The notes under the pieces: model-generated
What the model was told of the DNA's origin: nothing
Seen by the model: only the letters and a program-made list of their open reading frames with translations
Database searches by the model: none
Program-made: the position numbers and the translations under genes
In this document: piece after piece, positions 1-7,856 of the stretch
Numbering within the stretch: the stretch's first letter is position 1
How the letters are laid out: each line of letters begins with the position of its first letter
Source: Parcubacteria group bacterium
GTDB lineage: Bacteria; Patescibacteriota; Minisyncoccia; Phycocordibacterales; Phycocordibacteraceae
Direction of reading: 5' to 3'
Assembly (NCBI GenBank): GCA_028286545.1
Contig: JAQBRJ010000022.1
Span: forward strand, 1 to 53,783
Length of the DNA stretch: 53,783 nt

Positions 1-458
1 TAGATTCATGGCGTGGATTGGTACAAGGCGTGGTGCATGACGAAAGTGCCTATATCGGCATACGCGAAGGGCGTGTATTTGGTCATGCGGGACTATTCTC
101 AACCGCTGACGACATTCTCAACTATCTAGAAATGCTTTTAAACGATGGTGCCCAAAACGGCCAGCGATTCTTTTCTGAATCCATTATCGAGCAAATGGAA
201 ACGAACCAGATTCCTCATCTGCCTGATGTTACAGGACTTGGCTGGGAGCTCAATCAACCCCGCTACATGGGAAAGTTCTGCAGCTCTACTACCATTGGCA
301 AAACAGGATTTACGGGCACAGTCTGTGTATGTGATCGAAAAAAAGAAGTGGCATACGTCATACTTTCGAATCGCACCTACCCGCAGCGTCCTCCAGATTC
401 GGAAGCGATAAACGAATTTCGTGCTGCTATAGGAGAGATTGTTCTCGCTCCACGCTAG
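1..458 (+). CDS. serine hydrolase / beta-lactamase-fold protein, C-terminal part (5' end outside window)
   Basis: The frame of ORF 18..458 stays open back to base 3. It contains HAGLFST and a KTG-type box (GKTGFTGT) typical of class C beta-lactamase/PBP-fold hydrolases. Confidence 0.7.
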   Translation, partial: DSWRGLVQGVVHDESAYIGIREGRVFGHAGLFSTADDILNYLEMLLNDGAQNGQRFFSESIIEQMETNQIPHLPDVTGLGWELNQPRYMGKFCSSTTIGKTGFTGTVCVCDRKKEVAYVILSNRTYPQRPPDSEAINEFRAAIGEIVLAPR

Positions 459-502
459 CTGGCTATCCCCATTTCAATGCTCAAAACCGAATTTGGTATA
501 CT

Positions 503-1435
503 GTGCCTATGAACGATTTACTTATCATCGGAGGCGGCCCAGCGGGAGTAGCAGCAGGAGTATATGCTGCACGAAAGTTTCTAAAAACAGACTTAGTAGC
601 TGAAGAAATCGGCGGCCAGAGCACCGTATCTGAAGGTATTCAGAACTGGGTTGGAACCGTGAATATCCCCGGTACAGACCTCATCAAAGCCTTCAAAGAG
701 CACCTAGAAGCCTATAAGGGTGACAATTTGACCCTTCATGAAGGAAAGCGTGTTGAATCGCTTACAAAGGCTCAAGGAGGCTTTGAAGCTACTCTCAAGG
801 ACGGTTCCAAGCTCTCGGCGCGCGCTGTGCTCATCGCATCAGGAGCAGCTCGAAAACGACTCTCGATTCCCGGTGCTGATCAGTTTGAGCACAAAGGACT
901 CACGTACTGTGCGTCGTGCGATGGGCCTCTCTTTGGCGGTATGGACGTAGCGGTAGTTGGTGGTGGCAATGCAGGTTTTGAATCGGCGCTTCAGCTGTTG
1001 GCGTACTGCAAGTCGGTAACGCTTATCCATAAGTATGCAGAGTTCAAGGCTGACGCGATAACCGTACGTAAGGCACTTGAGCACCCGAACATGAGGGTAC
1101 TCACCACTACAGAACCTGTTGAAGTGCTCGGCGAAAAGTTTGTGAATGGCCTTGTGGTGAAAAATAGTGAAACAGGCGAGACAACCACTCTCTCGGTCTC
1201 AGGAATCTTTGTCGAAATTGGCGTGTTACCTAACACGGGCTTTGCAAAGGATTTGGTTGAGATTGATGCTGTGGGACGCGTAATCACTGACCCGCGTAAT
1301 CAGCACACAAGTGTCGAGGGCGTATGGGCTGCAGGAGATTGTACCGACGAGCTCTATCATCAGAACAACATTGCTGCAGGCGATGCCGTGAAGGCGCTTG
1401 AGGATATTTACATCTGGGTAAAGAAGCAAGATTAG
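503..1435 (+). CDS. trxB: thioredoxin-disulfide reductase-like flavoprotein
   Basis: 310 aa with a GGGPAG FAD motif, a redox CxxC as CASCDG, a second dinucleotide motif GGGNAG and C-terminal AAGDC. Start is GTG 503 or ATG 509. Confidence 0.75.
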   Translation: MPMNDLLIIGGGPAGVAAGVYAARKFLKTDLVAEEIGGQSTVSEGIQNWVGTVNIPGTDLIKAFKEHLEAYKGDNLTLHEGKRVESLTKAQGGFEATLKDGSKLSARAVLIASGAARKRLSIPGADQFEHKGLTYCASCDGPLFGGMDVAVVGGGNAGFESALQLLAYCKSVTLIHKYAEFKADAITVRKALEHPNMRVLTTTEPVEVLGEKFVNGLVVKNSETGETTTLSVSGIFVEIGVLPNTGFAKDLVEIDAVGRVITDPRNQHTSVEGVWAAGDCTDELYHQNNIAAGDAVKALEDIYIWVKKQD

Positions 1436-1451
1436 GTTCCTGCTGGGAATA

Positions 1452-1486
1452 AAGAAGAACCCGCGCCAAAGGCGCGGGTTCTTCTT
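1452..1486. terminator. bidirectional rho-independent terminator between convergent genes
   Basis: A 16-bp perfect stem (aagaagaacccgcgcc / ggcgcgggttcttctt) with a 3-nt loop and A/T runs on both sides. Confidence 0.7.
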
Positions 1487-1504
1487 TATGTTGTGGAGTG
1501 AGAT

Positions 1505-1699
1505 TTACTCAGCCGGAGCTGCATCATCGCCTACCTTCACATCTTCGTCCATGTCGTCTTCCTTTGTGTCCGCAACCTCGAGCTCGTCGCTCGTAGATGC
1601 GTTTCCAGGAACTACAACGTCCTCAGATGGCTGAGCGACTTCAGCGCCGTCCTCACCTGGGGTAACTACTTCAACTTCATCTTCATCTTCTTCACTCAT
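1505..1699 (-). CDS. hyperacidic small protein (64 aa from ATG 1699; the ORF track extends it to 1756)
   Basis: By my count, 25 Asp/Glu against 2 Lys in 64 aa. It is co-oriented downstream of the ATP-grasp gene and followed by the strong terminator at 1452..1486. There is no recognisable SD, so translation is unproven. Confidence 0.45.
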   Translation of the reverse strand: MSEEDEDEVEVVTPGEDGAEVAQPSEDVVVPGNASTSDELEVADTKEDDMDEDVKVGDDAAPAE

Positions 1700-1822
1700 A
1701 GTATGTTTGGTGGTCGTACCTCCCTTTTGTCCGAGGAAAAAAGAAAGGCCTTCCATATATTGGCTGGCAATGATTCGACCGGGCTAACTTCTACAGTATA
1801 CCGCATTTGCGTGAAGACTTCA

Positions 1823-3013
1823 TTAAGCCCCTACCATCTCCCATATCTTTGCCGATACATTACGCGGCTCACCTTCAAACGGCAAATGGTGATTATCAAA
1901 GAATGGCATGGAGTTACATTCCAAAATACCGCAGCGCTCCTGCTCTTTCCATGATCGCTTCAAGTCTTCGATTATGAAATCAATACCTGCGATCGGCGCT
2001 TTCAGCGCCTTTGCGACATCTTCAAACAATTGAATGTTATCTGGATGGATTCCCTCCGTCGTATCAACTGTTGTTCCCCCAATTCCCCAGTTCACTTTCT
2101 GATGCAGCATTACCCGCTTCCCAATTTCTGGAATGCTATCAGGCGTCATGCCCTGCCACGCAAGTTCTTGCTCTGCGGCCTCAGTTATCGCAAGCTTTGA
2201 GAAATACGGACCGCTACGCGCAGGGTTCAAGTTCGCTACGGCGATGAGTTCTTCAATAGTACTGACACCATCTCCCACCACCGACGGTGGGTCGCGACGA
2301 AGGGCGGCGAAGAATTTTCCGTCTACTACCGTCGCTCGGTATACGCCCCCCACGAGTTCCTCTTCAATGAGCGCGTACGGCGATACTTGTTTAGCGACAC
2401 GAAATGCTCGTAGCAATTCCTCTTCTGAATCGATATGGAGCGTTGTGTGGCGCGATGCCGAACCTAGGTGAGGCTTAATAATCACGGGCGGCGTAAGCGT
2501 GTGATATATCTGCAGCGCTTTGCGTTCAGTAAACGCTTCGCCTCCTCGTGCGACAGGAAAACCAAGCTTTCTGAATTGTTTCTTTAGCTCTGCCTTATTA
2601 TCCATCCACCACACACGCGCTCCGGCATTATTGCCAAGCGGAAGCCCTTCAAACGCCAGCTTTCGACCATCAGGAAGCTTTGCCACGAAAATATTGCGTG
2701 CAAGTCCAAACAGACGGAATTCCCACATATCAATACCGCGTGTCTTTGCTTCTTCCCAGAGCACTTGTGCCAAGAGCAACGTTTCGTCATCCATCTCAGT
2801 CTGCTTCTTTGCCACTCCAAGCTTTACTAAGCCGCTAAGCAAATGTGGAGTCACATTTCGTTCAATCACGGAGAGACCTCGAGATGCAGCCCTAAAAACT
2901 GGTCCAGGAGTAAATATAGGGCGCAATACACCATCAACCATGATAGTTGTGTAGGTGAGACGATGAGGAACGCCGGCTCCCCCGCATTCACTACATTCTT
3001 TTGCGTTACTCAT
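1823..3013 (-). CDS. stand-alone ATP-grasp ligase resembling the N-terminal (G) domain of cyanophycin synthetase
   Basis: 396 aa. The strings IIKPHLGSASRHT, PPSVVGDGVSTIEELI, GGTTVDTTEGIHPDN and ILECNSMPFFDNHHLPFEGEPRNV match the CphA ATP-grasp half as I remember it. No Mur-ligase-like second half is present. Confidence 0.65.
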   Translation of the reverse strand: MSNAKECSECGGAGVPHRLTYTTIMVDGVLRPIFTPGPVFRAASRGLSVIERNVTPHLLSGLVKLGVAKKQTEMDDETLLLAQVLWEEAKTRGIDMWEFRLFGLARNIFVAKLPDGRKLAFEGLPLGNNAGARVWWMDNKAELKKQFRKLGFPVARGGEAFTERKALQIYHTLTPPVIIKPHLGSASRHTTLHIDSEEELLRAFRVAKQVSPYALIEEELVGGVYRATVVDGKFFAALRRDPPSVVGDGVSTIEELIAVANLNPARSGPYFSKLAITEAAEQELAWQGMTPDSIPEIGKRVMLHQKVNWGIGGTTVDTTEGIHPDNIQLFEDVAKALKAPIAGIDFIIEDLKRSWKEQERCGILECNSMPFFDNHHLPFEGEPRNVSAKIWEMVGA

Positions 3014-3039
3014 TCACCCAGTATACCAAGTCGAAGAAG

Positions 3040-3393
3040 TTAATTGGAGACACAAATCCCACCCACGTCTCCAAACGGAAGACTCGAGCTCGCCACAGGA
3101 GCACACTTATATCCAACAATACACTTCTTAGCAGTGGCCATATTTCCACCACAATGCTCTCCAGCTTTAGCGGTATTTGCAGACGAGGTAGCGGTGGTAG
3201 TGGTAGTTGTTGAGTTCACCGTGGTAACGGTGGCAGATTGACCATACACTCCTGTATCCGTAGTTCCACCCTGCATATCGGCAGTACTGGTTGCTGTGTA
3301 AGAACCGGTATTCGACATACCGAAGGCATAGAACCCAAGGCCAATAAGAATAATAACGATCACTGCGATGAGCACGTAGTATTGGTTTTTCAT
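3040..3393 (-). CDS. membrane-anchored Thr-rich protein with a small 4-Cys C-terminal domain
   Basis: N-terminal transmembrane (TM) segment (YYVLIAVIVIILIGLGFYAF), a long Thr/Ser-rich linker and four Cys in the last ~40 aa. Confidence 0.55.
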   Translation of the reverse strand: MKNQYYVLIAVIVIILIGLGFYAFGMSNTGSYTATSTADMQGGTTDTGVYGQSATVTTVNSTTTTTTATSSANTAKAGEHCGGNMATAKKCIVGYKCAPVASSSLPFGDVGGICVSN

Positions 3394-3429
3394 ATCAGTA
3401 AGAGTATATCTATCTTCATGTGTTTATGA

Positions 3430-4077
3430 TTAAGGTCGTTTTGTGTATCGGGCAAACGATCTTCCGACTACAACCCCTACCACTGACCCGAGGATTACTC
3501 CCGCAACGGCATCTGAAAGCCAATGAATACTCATCGATACGCCGAGACCGATGTAGAGCGCATATAGTAACGCTACGTACACGAGCCAGCGCTTCTTTGG
3601 ATACATAACAACAAGCGCTACAGCCATTGAGAATGCGATGGTCGTGTGAGACGAAGGCCAGCCCCAAAAGATTCCATGTCTGAAGAATCCAAATTGGAAG
3701 CTGTGGCTTATATCGACAGCGTAGTTATGCAAGTTTGGCTGCAGTCTTCCCGTAAAGGTCTTGTAGATTGAAGAAACGATCGAGCCCAGAAGTGCTGCTT
3801 GAGCGAGAAGCCATCCGGCATAGGTGATCTTCTCTTTCTTTTTCCTTGCACCATACACAAGAAGACCGAGCGGCAAGATAATCGGTAGTAAGCCGCCGAT
3901 TATGAGCGCAGGAAAGAAAAGCAAGTATACATTCTTAGTTGCCACGAAGTAGCTCCAATCGAGCCCTGACCGTACGATTACTGCAGTAAGCACTACTGCG
4001 AGTACGTGCCATGGCAGATAGCGCGGTGCAAAGCACCGCAGTAGATTCGGAGGAAGTGTGCGGAGAAAATGCCTCAT
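3430..4077 (-). CDS. PAP2-family phosphatase (membrane)
   Basis: Polytopic. PAP2 motifs are seen as GWPSSHTT and SMSIHWLSDAVAG. The start overlaps the stop of the upstream gene (TAATG). Confidence 0.75.
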   Translation of the reverse strand: MRHFLRTLPPNLLRCFAPRYLPWHVLAVVLTAVIVRSGLDWSYFVATKNVYLLFFPALIIGGLLPIILPLGLLVYGARKKKEKITYAGWLLAQAALLGSIVSSIYKTFTGRLQPNLHNYAVDISHSFQFGFFRHGIFWGWPSSHTTIAFSMAVALVVMYPKKRWLVYVALLYALYIGLGVSMSIHWLSDAVAGVILGSVVGVVVGRSFARYTKRP

Positions 4078-4499
4078 TACGACCAGGCACCGATAATTGC
4101 ACCCATAGCGATCATTACAACAAGCGAACAGGCGGATTCAAAAACCCATAGCTTGAAGCTGCTTCCCATCCAGATAACACCGATTGAGGTAGACGTAACA
4201 AGGAATCCAAGCCATGCCAAGAAGGCACACACGATACCTGTTGAAACTCCTGGACCGCTCAAATATGGCGAGGTCGATGCGAGGACGTATATCGCTGCAA
4301 GCACGTACGCTGTTACAAGATTTGCGAGCAAGTTCCAAAGCATCTGTGGAACCATGTCGGAGAATTTCTCATTCCCTGTTGGATGAATGTTCGCAAGTCT
4401 CATCCAAAGCTTTCCGAGAACCGGCCCATGGAACATGAAGCCGAGCACAAAGGCTACAACGGCCGCGACGACAACGGCGAGTAGATTGATAGGTACCAT
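4077..4499 (-). CDS. DUF1761-like small membrane protein
   Basis: 140 aa and 4 predicted TM segments. The N-terminus INLLAVVVAAVVAFVLGFMFHGPVLGKLW resembles the DUF1761 family. Confidence 0.6.
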   Translation of the reverse strand: MVPINLLAVVVAAVVAFVLGFMFHGPVLGKLWMRLANIHPTGNEKFSDMVPQMLWNLLANLVTAYVLAAIYVLASTSPYLSGPGVSTGIVCAFLAWLGFLVTSTSIGVIWMGSSFKLWVFESACSLVVMIAMGAIIGAWS

Positions 4500-4575
4500 A
4501 GTTTGTTACGAGTTTAGGGTAAGTAGTACTGACCCCTATAGTGTAGCGCTCATTTCCCAAATAAAATGCAGTATG

Positions 4576-4663
4576 TGGCGGAGAGGGGGAGATTCGAACT
4601 CCCGATACCTTTCGGCATGCCGGTTTTCGAAACCGGTCGTTTCAACCACTCACGCACCTCTCC
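4576..4663 (-). tRNA. tRNA-Ser (anticodon CGA), CCA encoded
   Basis: Hand-folded cloverleaf: acceptor GGAGAGG/CCTCTCC, anticodon loop TTCGAAA, long variable arm, T-loop TTCGAAT, 3' GCCA. Confidence 0.9.
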
Positions 4664-4730
4664 TCGGTTTTTCCATCCTAGCATTTTTGGCCCGGAAAAT
4701 GTAGGATAGCAAGGTGAGGGTTCGCAAAAA

Positions 4731-4802
4731 GGTCCCATCGTCTAACGGTTAGGACGCCCGCCTTTCACGCAGGAAATCGGGGTTCGATTCCCCGTGGGAT
4801 CA
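4731..4802 (+). tRNA. tRNA-Glu (anticodon TTC), no encoded CCA
   Basis: Acceptor GGTCCCA/TGGGATC (one G-U pair), anticodon loop CTTTCAC, T-loop TTCGATT. There is one C-A mismatch in the anticodon stem. Confidence 0.88.
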
Positions 4803-4808
4803 TGCAGC

Positions 4809-4837
4809 CAGAAAGCCGCCCTTTGGGCGGCTTTCTG
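4809..4837. terminator. hairpin terminator shared by tRNA-Glu and the convergent pirin gene
   Basis: 13-bp stem cagaaagccgccc / gggcggctttctg with loop ttt. Confidence 0.6.
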
Positions 4838-4843
4838 CATTAT

Positions 4844-5548
4844 CTAGATCGGAACCTCAATGATAAGAAATTCAGCCGATTCTTCTACGCTGATCTCAAC
4901 TGCCGAAGTATCAGTAATGCCTATAGCATCTCTCGCAAACAATGATTCTCCCGCTATCTCAATACTTCCTGACACTACAAACACATACGCTCCATTGCCT
5001 TCTTGGTGCATAGCGTAAGAAAGCTTTTTATCAGCATCTAGAGTCACTTTAGAAATATAGGCATCTTGATTGATACCCAGGCCAAGCGTGGTATCCAAGG
5101 GACCAACAAGTTGAGTAAGACCCTGTTCGTTAGCATCTGAAATCTGTGTTTGTCCATAGCGTGGCGCAATGCCAAGCTCTTTGGGAAGTATCCATATTTG
5201 AAATAACTCGAGTGAGTCCATCGTTGAAGCATTGTATTCCGAGTGAGCAACGCCGGTACCAGCAGACATGACCTGTACTTCGCCTGCCACCACCGTTCCC
5301 ACATTTCCCATACTGTCTTTGTGAGTTAGAGTGCCGCTCGTGACGATGGTGATTATTTCCATATCCCGATGCTGATGCATGCCAAAGCCATTGTCAGCAC
5401 TAATACGGTCGTCGTTTATGACGAGTAACTTCCCAAAGCCCGTACGCGCAGGATTGTACCAATCTGCAAAGCTAAAGCTGTAACGGGTCGTGAGCCACCC
5501 GTAGTCTCCACGACCTCGATCCCCTGCCCGATGTATGACGGTGTTCAT
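4844..5548 (-). CDS. pirin-family (cupin) protein
   Basis: 234 aa. N-terminus RAGDRGRGDYGWLTTRYSFSFADWYNP and the metal site GFGMHQHRDMEIITIV are typical of the pirin/YhhW family. Confidence 0.85.
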   Translation of the reverse strand: MNTVIHRAGDRGRGDYGWLTTRYSFSFADWYNPARTGFGKLLVINDDRISADNGFGMHQHRDMEIITIVTSGTLTHKDSMGNVGTVVAGEVQVMSAGTGVAHSEYNASTMDSLELFQIWILPKELGIAPRYGQTQISDANEQGLTQLVGPLDTTLGLGINQDAYISKVTLDADKKLSYAMHQEGNGAYVFVVSGSIEIAGESLFARDAIGITDTSAVEISVEESAEFLIIEVPI

Positions 5549-5657
5549 GAGGTAGTTATACCCTACTAAATATGAAGCCTTACTGGGGACAATACTATTC
5601 AGAAAATCCTTAGGAAGATTTTATCTTTAATTCATAGCTCAAATGTATGATTAGGAC

Positions 5658-6341
5658 ATGAAATCTCGTTGGTCACATTTGCGCTGCAAAGCAGAATTTA
5701 TGCGTAGAGACGGAAAATCTCTGAAAATTATAAAAGGTGAATTAGGTATTCCTCTCTCCACGCTTAGTGGATGGATGAGAAATGTAACATTAACAGATGC
5801 TCAAAAAGACATTCTTAGTCAAAGCTGGAAGATATCTTTGATTCAAGCACGATCAAAAGCCTCGGCATGGCATAGAAACCAAAAAGAGGAACGTATAGCT
5901 AAAGCTAGAGAAAATGCCATTACCTCACTATCTACAATTGAGAACAATCTCGTCAGTTTAGAACTAGCCTTAGCGTTCCTCTATTTGGGTGAAGGAGGCA
6001 AGACGAAAAGTGGATTAAGTATGGGAAATTCAAACTCAACCATTCTTAATCTGTATCTGTTCGGGCTTGAGAATATATATAATGTCTCGCGTAATTCGCT
6101 GCATTATTCGATCCATATGCGACATGATCAAGACGAAAATGTGCTCAGGAAATTTTGGTCACATGAACTTCAGGTTCCAATAAATAAGTTCAACTACACG
6201 GTGAAAGATAAACGCACGATTGGAAAGGAAACGCGTGCTGGATATAATGGAGTTTGCCTTATTTCGGGCGGACCAGTGGAAATTCAAAGAAAATTGATGT
6301 ATCTTGCAGAGGCGTTCTGTGAACGCACTTTGCGCGGTTAG
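5658..6341 (+). CDS. HTH plus LAGLIDADG-like (homing-endonuclease-like) protein, full-length paralog
   Basis: 227 aa in AT-rich DNA. HTH-like GKSLKIIKGELGIPLSTLSGWM and a LAGLIDADG-like box LALAFLYLGEGGK. It is clearly homologous to ORF 16402..16857. Its stop codon lies inside tRNA-Val. Confidence 0.6.
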   Translation: MKSRWSHLRCKAEFMRRDGKSLKIIKGELGIPLSTLSGWMRNVTLTDAQKDILSQSWKISLIQARSKASAWHRNQKEERIAKARENAITSLSTIENNLVSLELALAFLYLGEGGKTKSGLSMGNSNSTILNLYLFGLENIYNVSRNSLHYSIHMRHDQDENVLRKFWSHELQVPINKFNYTVKDKRTIGKETRAGYNGVCLISGGPVEIQRKLMYLAEAFCERTLRG

Positions 6342-6404
6342 CTCACTTGGTAGAGCGTGTCATTGACGTTGACAAGGTAGCAGGTTCGATCCCTGCACCG
6401 CGCA
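6332..6404 (+). tRNA. tRNA-Val (anticodon GAC), no encoded CCA
   Basis: Acceptor GCGCGGT/ACCGCGC, D-arm GCTC..GAGC, anticodon loop TTGACGT, T-arm GCAGG-TTCGATC-CCTGC. Confidence 0.9.
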
Positions 6405-6439
6405 CAAAAGTATTGTTATGAGGTCTGGGAAGAAAACAC

Positions 6440-6467
6440 TTGCAGCTTTTGTAGTAAGGAGTATAAC
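6440..6467 (+). promoter_or_regulatory. candidate sigma70-type promoter for the GC-rich ORF
   Basis: TTGCAG, 16 nt, TATAAC. An AGGAGG SD at 6510..6515 lies 8 nt before ATG 6524. Confidence 0.3.
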
Positions 6468-6523
6468 GCTAGCAAGCAGGTCGCTTGCGATCTGCCCCCG
6501 CATCTAGCCAGGAGGATTTACCG

Positions 6524-6943
6524 ATGCGTATGCCCACCACGCTGCCCACGGCAATCACCGTTCTTTTCATAACCATCTCGACTGCCTCAGCGCAGACGGC
6601 GACACCTTTGGTCCCGGTCCAATCGGTTCCGGTGCCCGCGCAAACTACTCCCGCGCCGACTCCGGCTACGATAGTGCTGCGGATCAACTCGTATGCCGAC
6701 TTCTCCAAGGCTCCTCCCTATCCTGTGGGATGCCACCCCTACAAGGATTTCAATGGGAAAGGCGGCGAAGTCAGCAACGGCAGGATCGAATGCGATTCCG
6801 AAGCCCATTACACGGCCGGCGTCACGTACGGGACCGACATGCATCCCCTATGTACTACCAAGGCTAAAGGCAGCGTCGTCTGCATCGTTACCAGGGGAGC
6901 GGATCAGCCCCCTCCCCAAATACAGCTCCCACCAGGGAGCTGA
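6524..6943 (+). CDS. secreted 4-Cys protein of unknown function (GC-rich cassette 1)
   Basis: ATG 6524 follows an AGGAGG SD. Signal-peptide-like MRMPTTLPTAITVLFITISTASAQ, a Pro/Thr-rich linker and four Cys. One line counted at 40/60 G+C. Confidence 0.6.
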   Translation: MRMPTTLPTAITVLFITISTASAQTATPLVPVQSVPVPAQTTPAPTPATIVLRINSYADFSKAPPYPVGCHPYKDFNGKGGEVSNGRIECDSEAHYTAGVTYGTDMHPLCTTKAKGSVVCIVTRGADQPPPQIQLPPGS

Positions 6944-6986
6944 TTCATTACTTCACAAGCCCTCTCCTTTGGCATACAGTAGTTCG

Positions 6987-7856
6987 ATGGAAACCCCCAC
7001 TCGTACTATCGTCTACTATCACGCGAACTGCCCTGATGGCTTCGGAGCAGCATATTCCGCTTGGAAGAAATTTGGCGATACAGCCGAATACATACCGCTT
7101 GAGCGCGGACACGATATTCCCACTGACTTTGCTGGAGCACACGTGTTTTTCGTAGATTTTTCATATCCTCAAGAAATCATGGATATGTTTGTGAAAGAGG
7201 CGGCCTCAGTGACGGTACTTGATCATCACATCGGCTTACGCGACGTGGTTGAATCAATGCCAGAACATGTGTTTGATAATGATCGATCGGGCACGACTAT
7301 CGCCTGGGACTACTTTCACCCAGGAGTGCCTCGACCACGACTCATGGAATATTTGCAGGACGATGATCTCTTTACGTACAAACTTCCGGAGACACGGGCG
7401 GTTATGGCCTACGTGAGCGTGCAGCCATATACCTTTGAGTTTTGGGATACGATGATGGCAGAACTAGAAAATGATGTGACACGTGAGAAATTTCTCGAGA
7501 AGACGCAAATATATGGTGAGTATTTCGTATTACTCGCAGAACTAGCTGCATCAAAGGCGAAGCTTGTGACCTTTGAAGGATACGAATGCTATTTCGCAAC
7601 AGCACATCCTACCAAGCCTATGAAGTCATTAGTCGGAAATATGCTTGCAAAGAAACATGGACCTTTTGCGCTGGTGGTAAGCGCTCATCCGCGTGGCTTT
7701 GGTGTCTCCATACGAGGAGACGGTACCGTAGACGTCTCTTTGATTGCACAGAAATATGGCGGAAATGGACACAAAAACTCATCAGGATTTGCTATACCCG
7801 TTGATGGCCCTATGCCATGGACTATTGTTGAAGACGATGAAGATACTGGCAATTGA
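6987..7856 (+). CDS. DHH/DHHA1-family phosphoesterase
   Basis: Start taken at METPTRTIVYYHANCPDGFGAA. Contains a DHH motif (VLDHH) and a DHHA1 GGGH-type motif (YGGNGHKNSSGF). The upstream part of track ORF 6693.. overlaps cassette 1 and is discounted. Confidence 0.75.
   Translation: METPTRTIVYYHANCPDGFGAAYSAWKKFGDTAEYIPLERGHDIPTDFAGAHVFFVDFSYPQEIMDMFVKEAASVTVLDHHIGLRDVVESMPEHVFDNDRSGTTIAWDYFHPGVPRPRLMEYLQDDDLFTYKLPETRAVMAYVSVQPYTFEFWDTMMAELENDVTREKFLEKTQIYGEYFVLLAELAASKAKLVTFEGYECYFATAHPTKPMKSLVGNMLAKKHGPFALVVSAHPRGFGVSIRGDGTVDVSLIAQKYGGNGHKNSSGFAIPVDGPMPWTIVEDDEDTGN

Noticed and set aside
6693-6986. N-terminal 98 codons of track ORF 6693..7856, plus ORFs 6469..6708 (-) and 6587..6844 (-)
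   Set aside because: They overlap the SD-preceded secreted-protein ORF in GC-rich cassette 1. The DHH-family similarity begins only at Met 6987.
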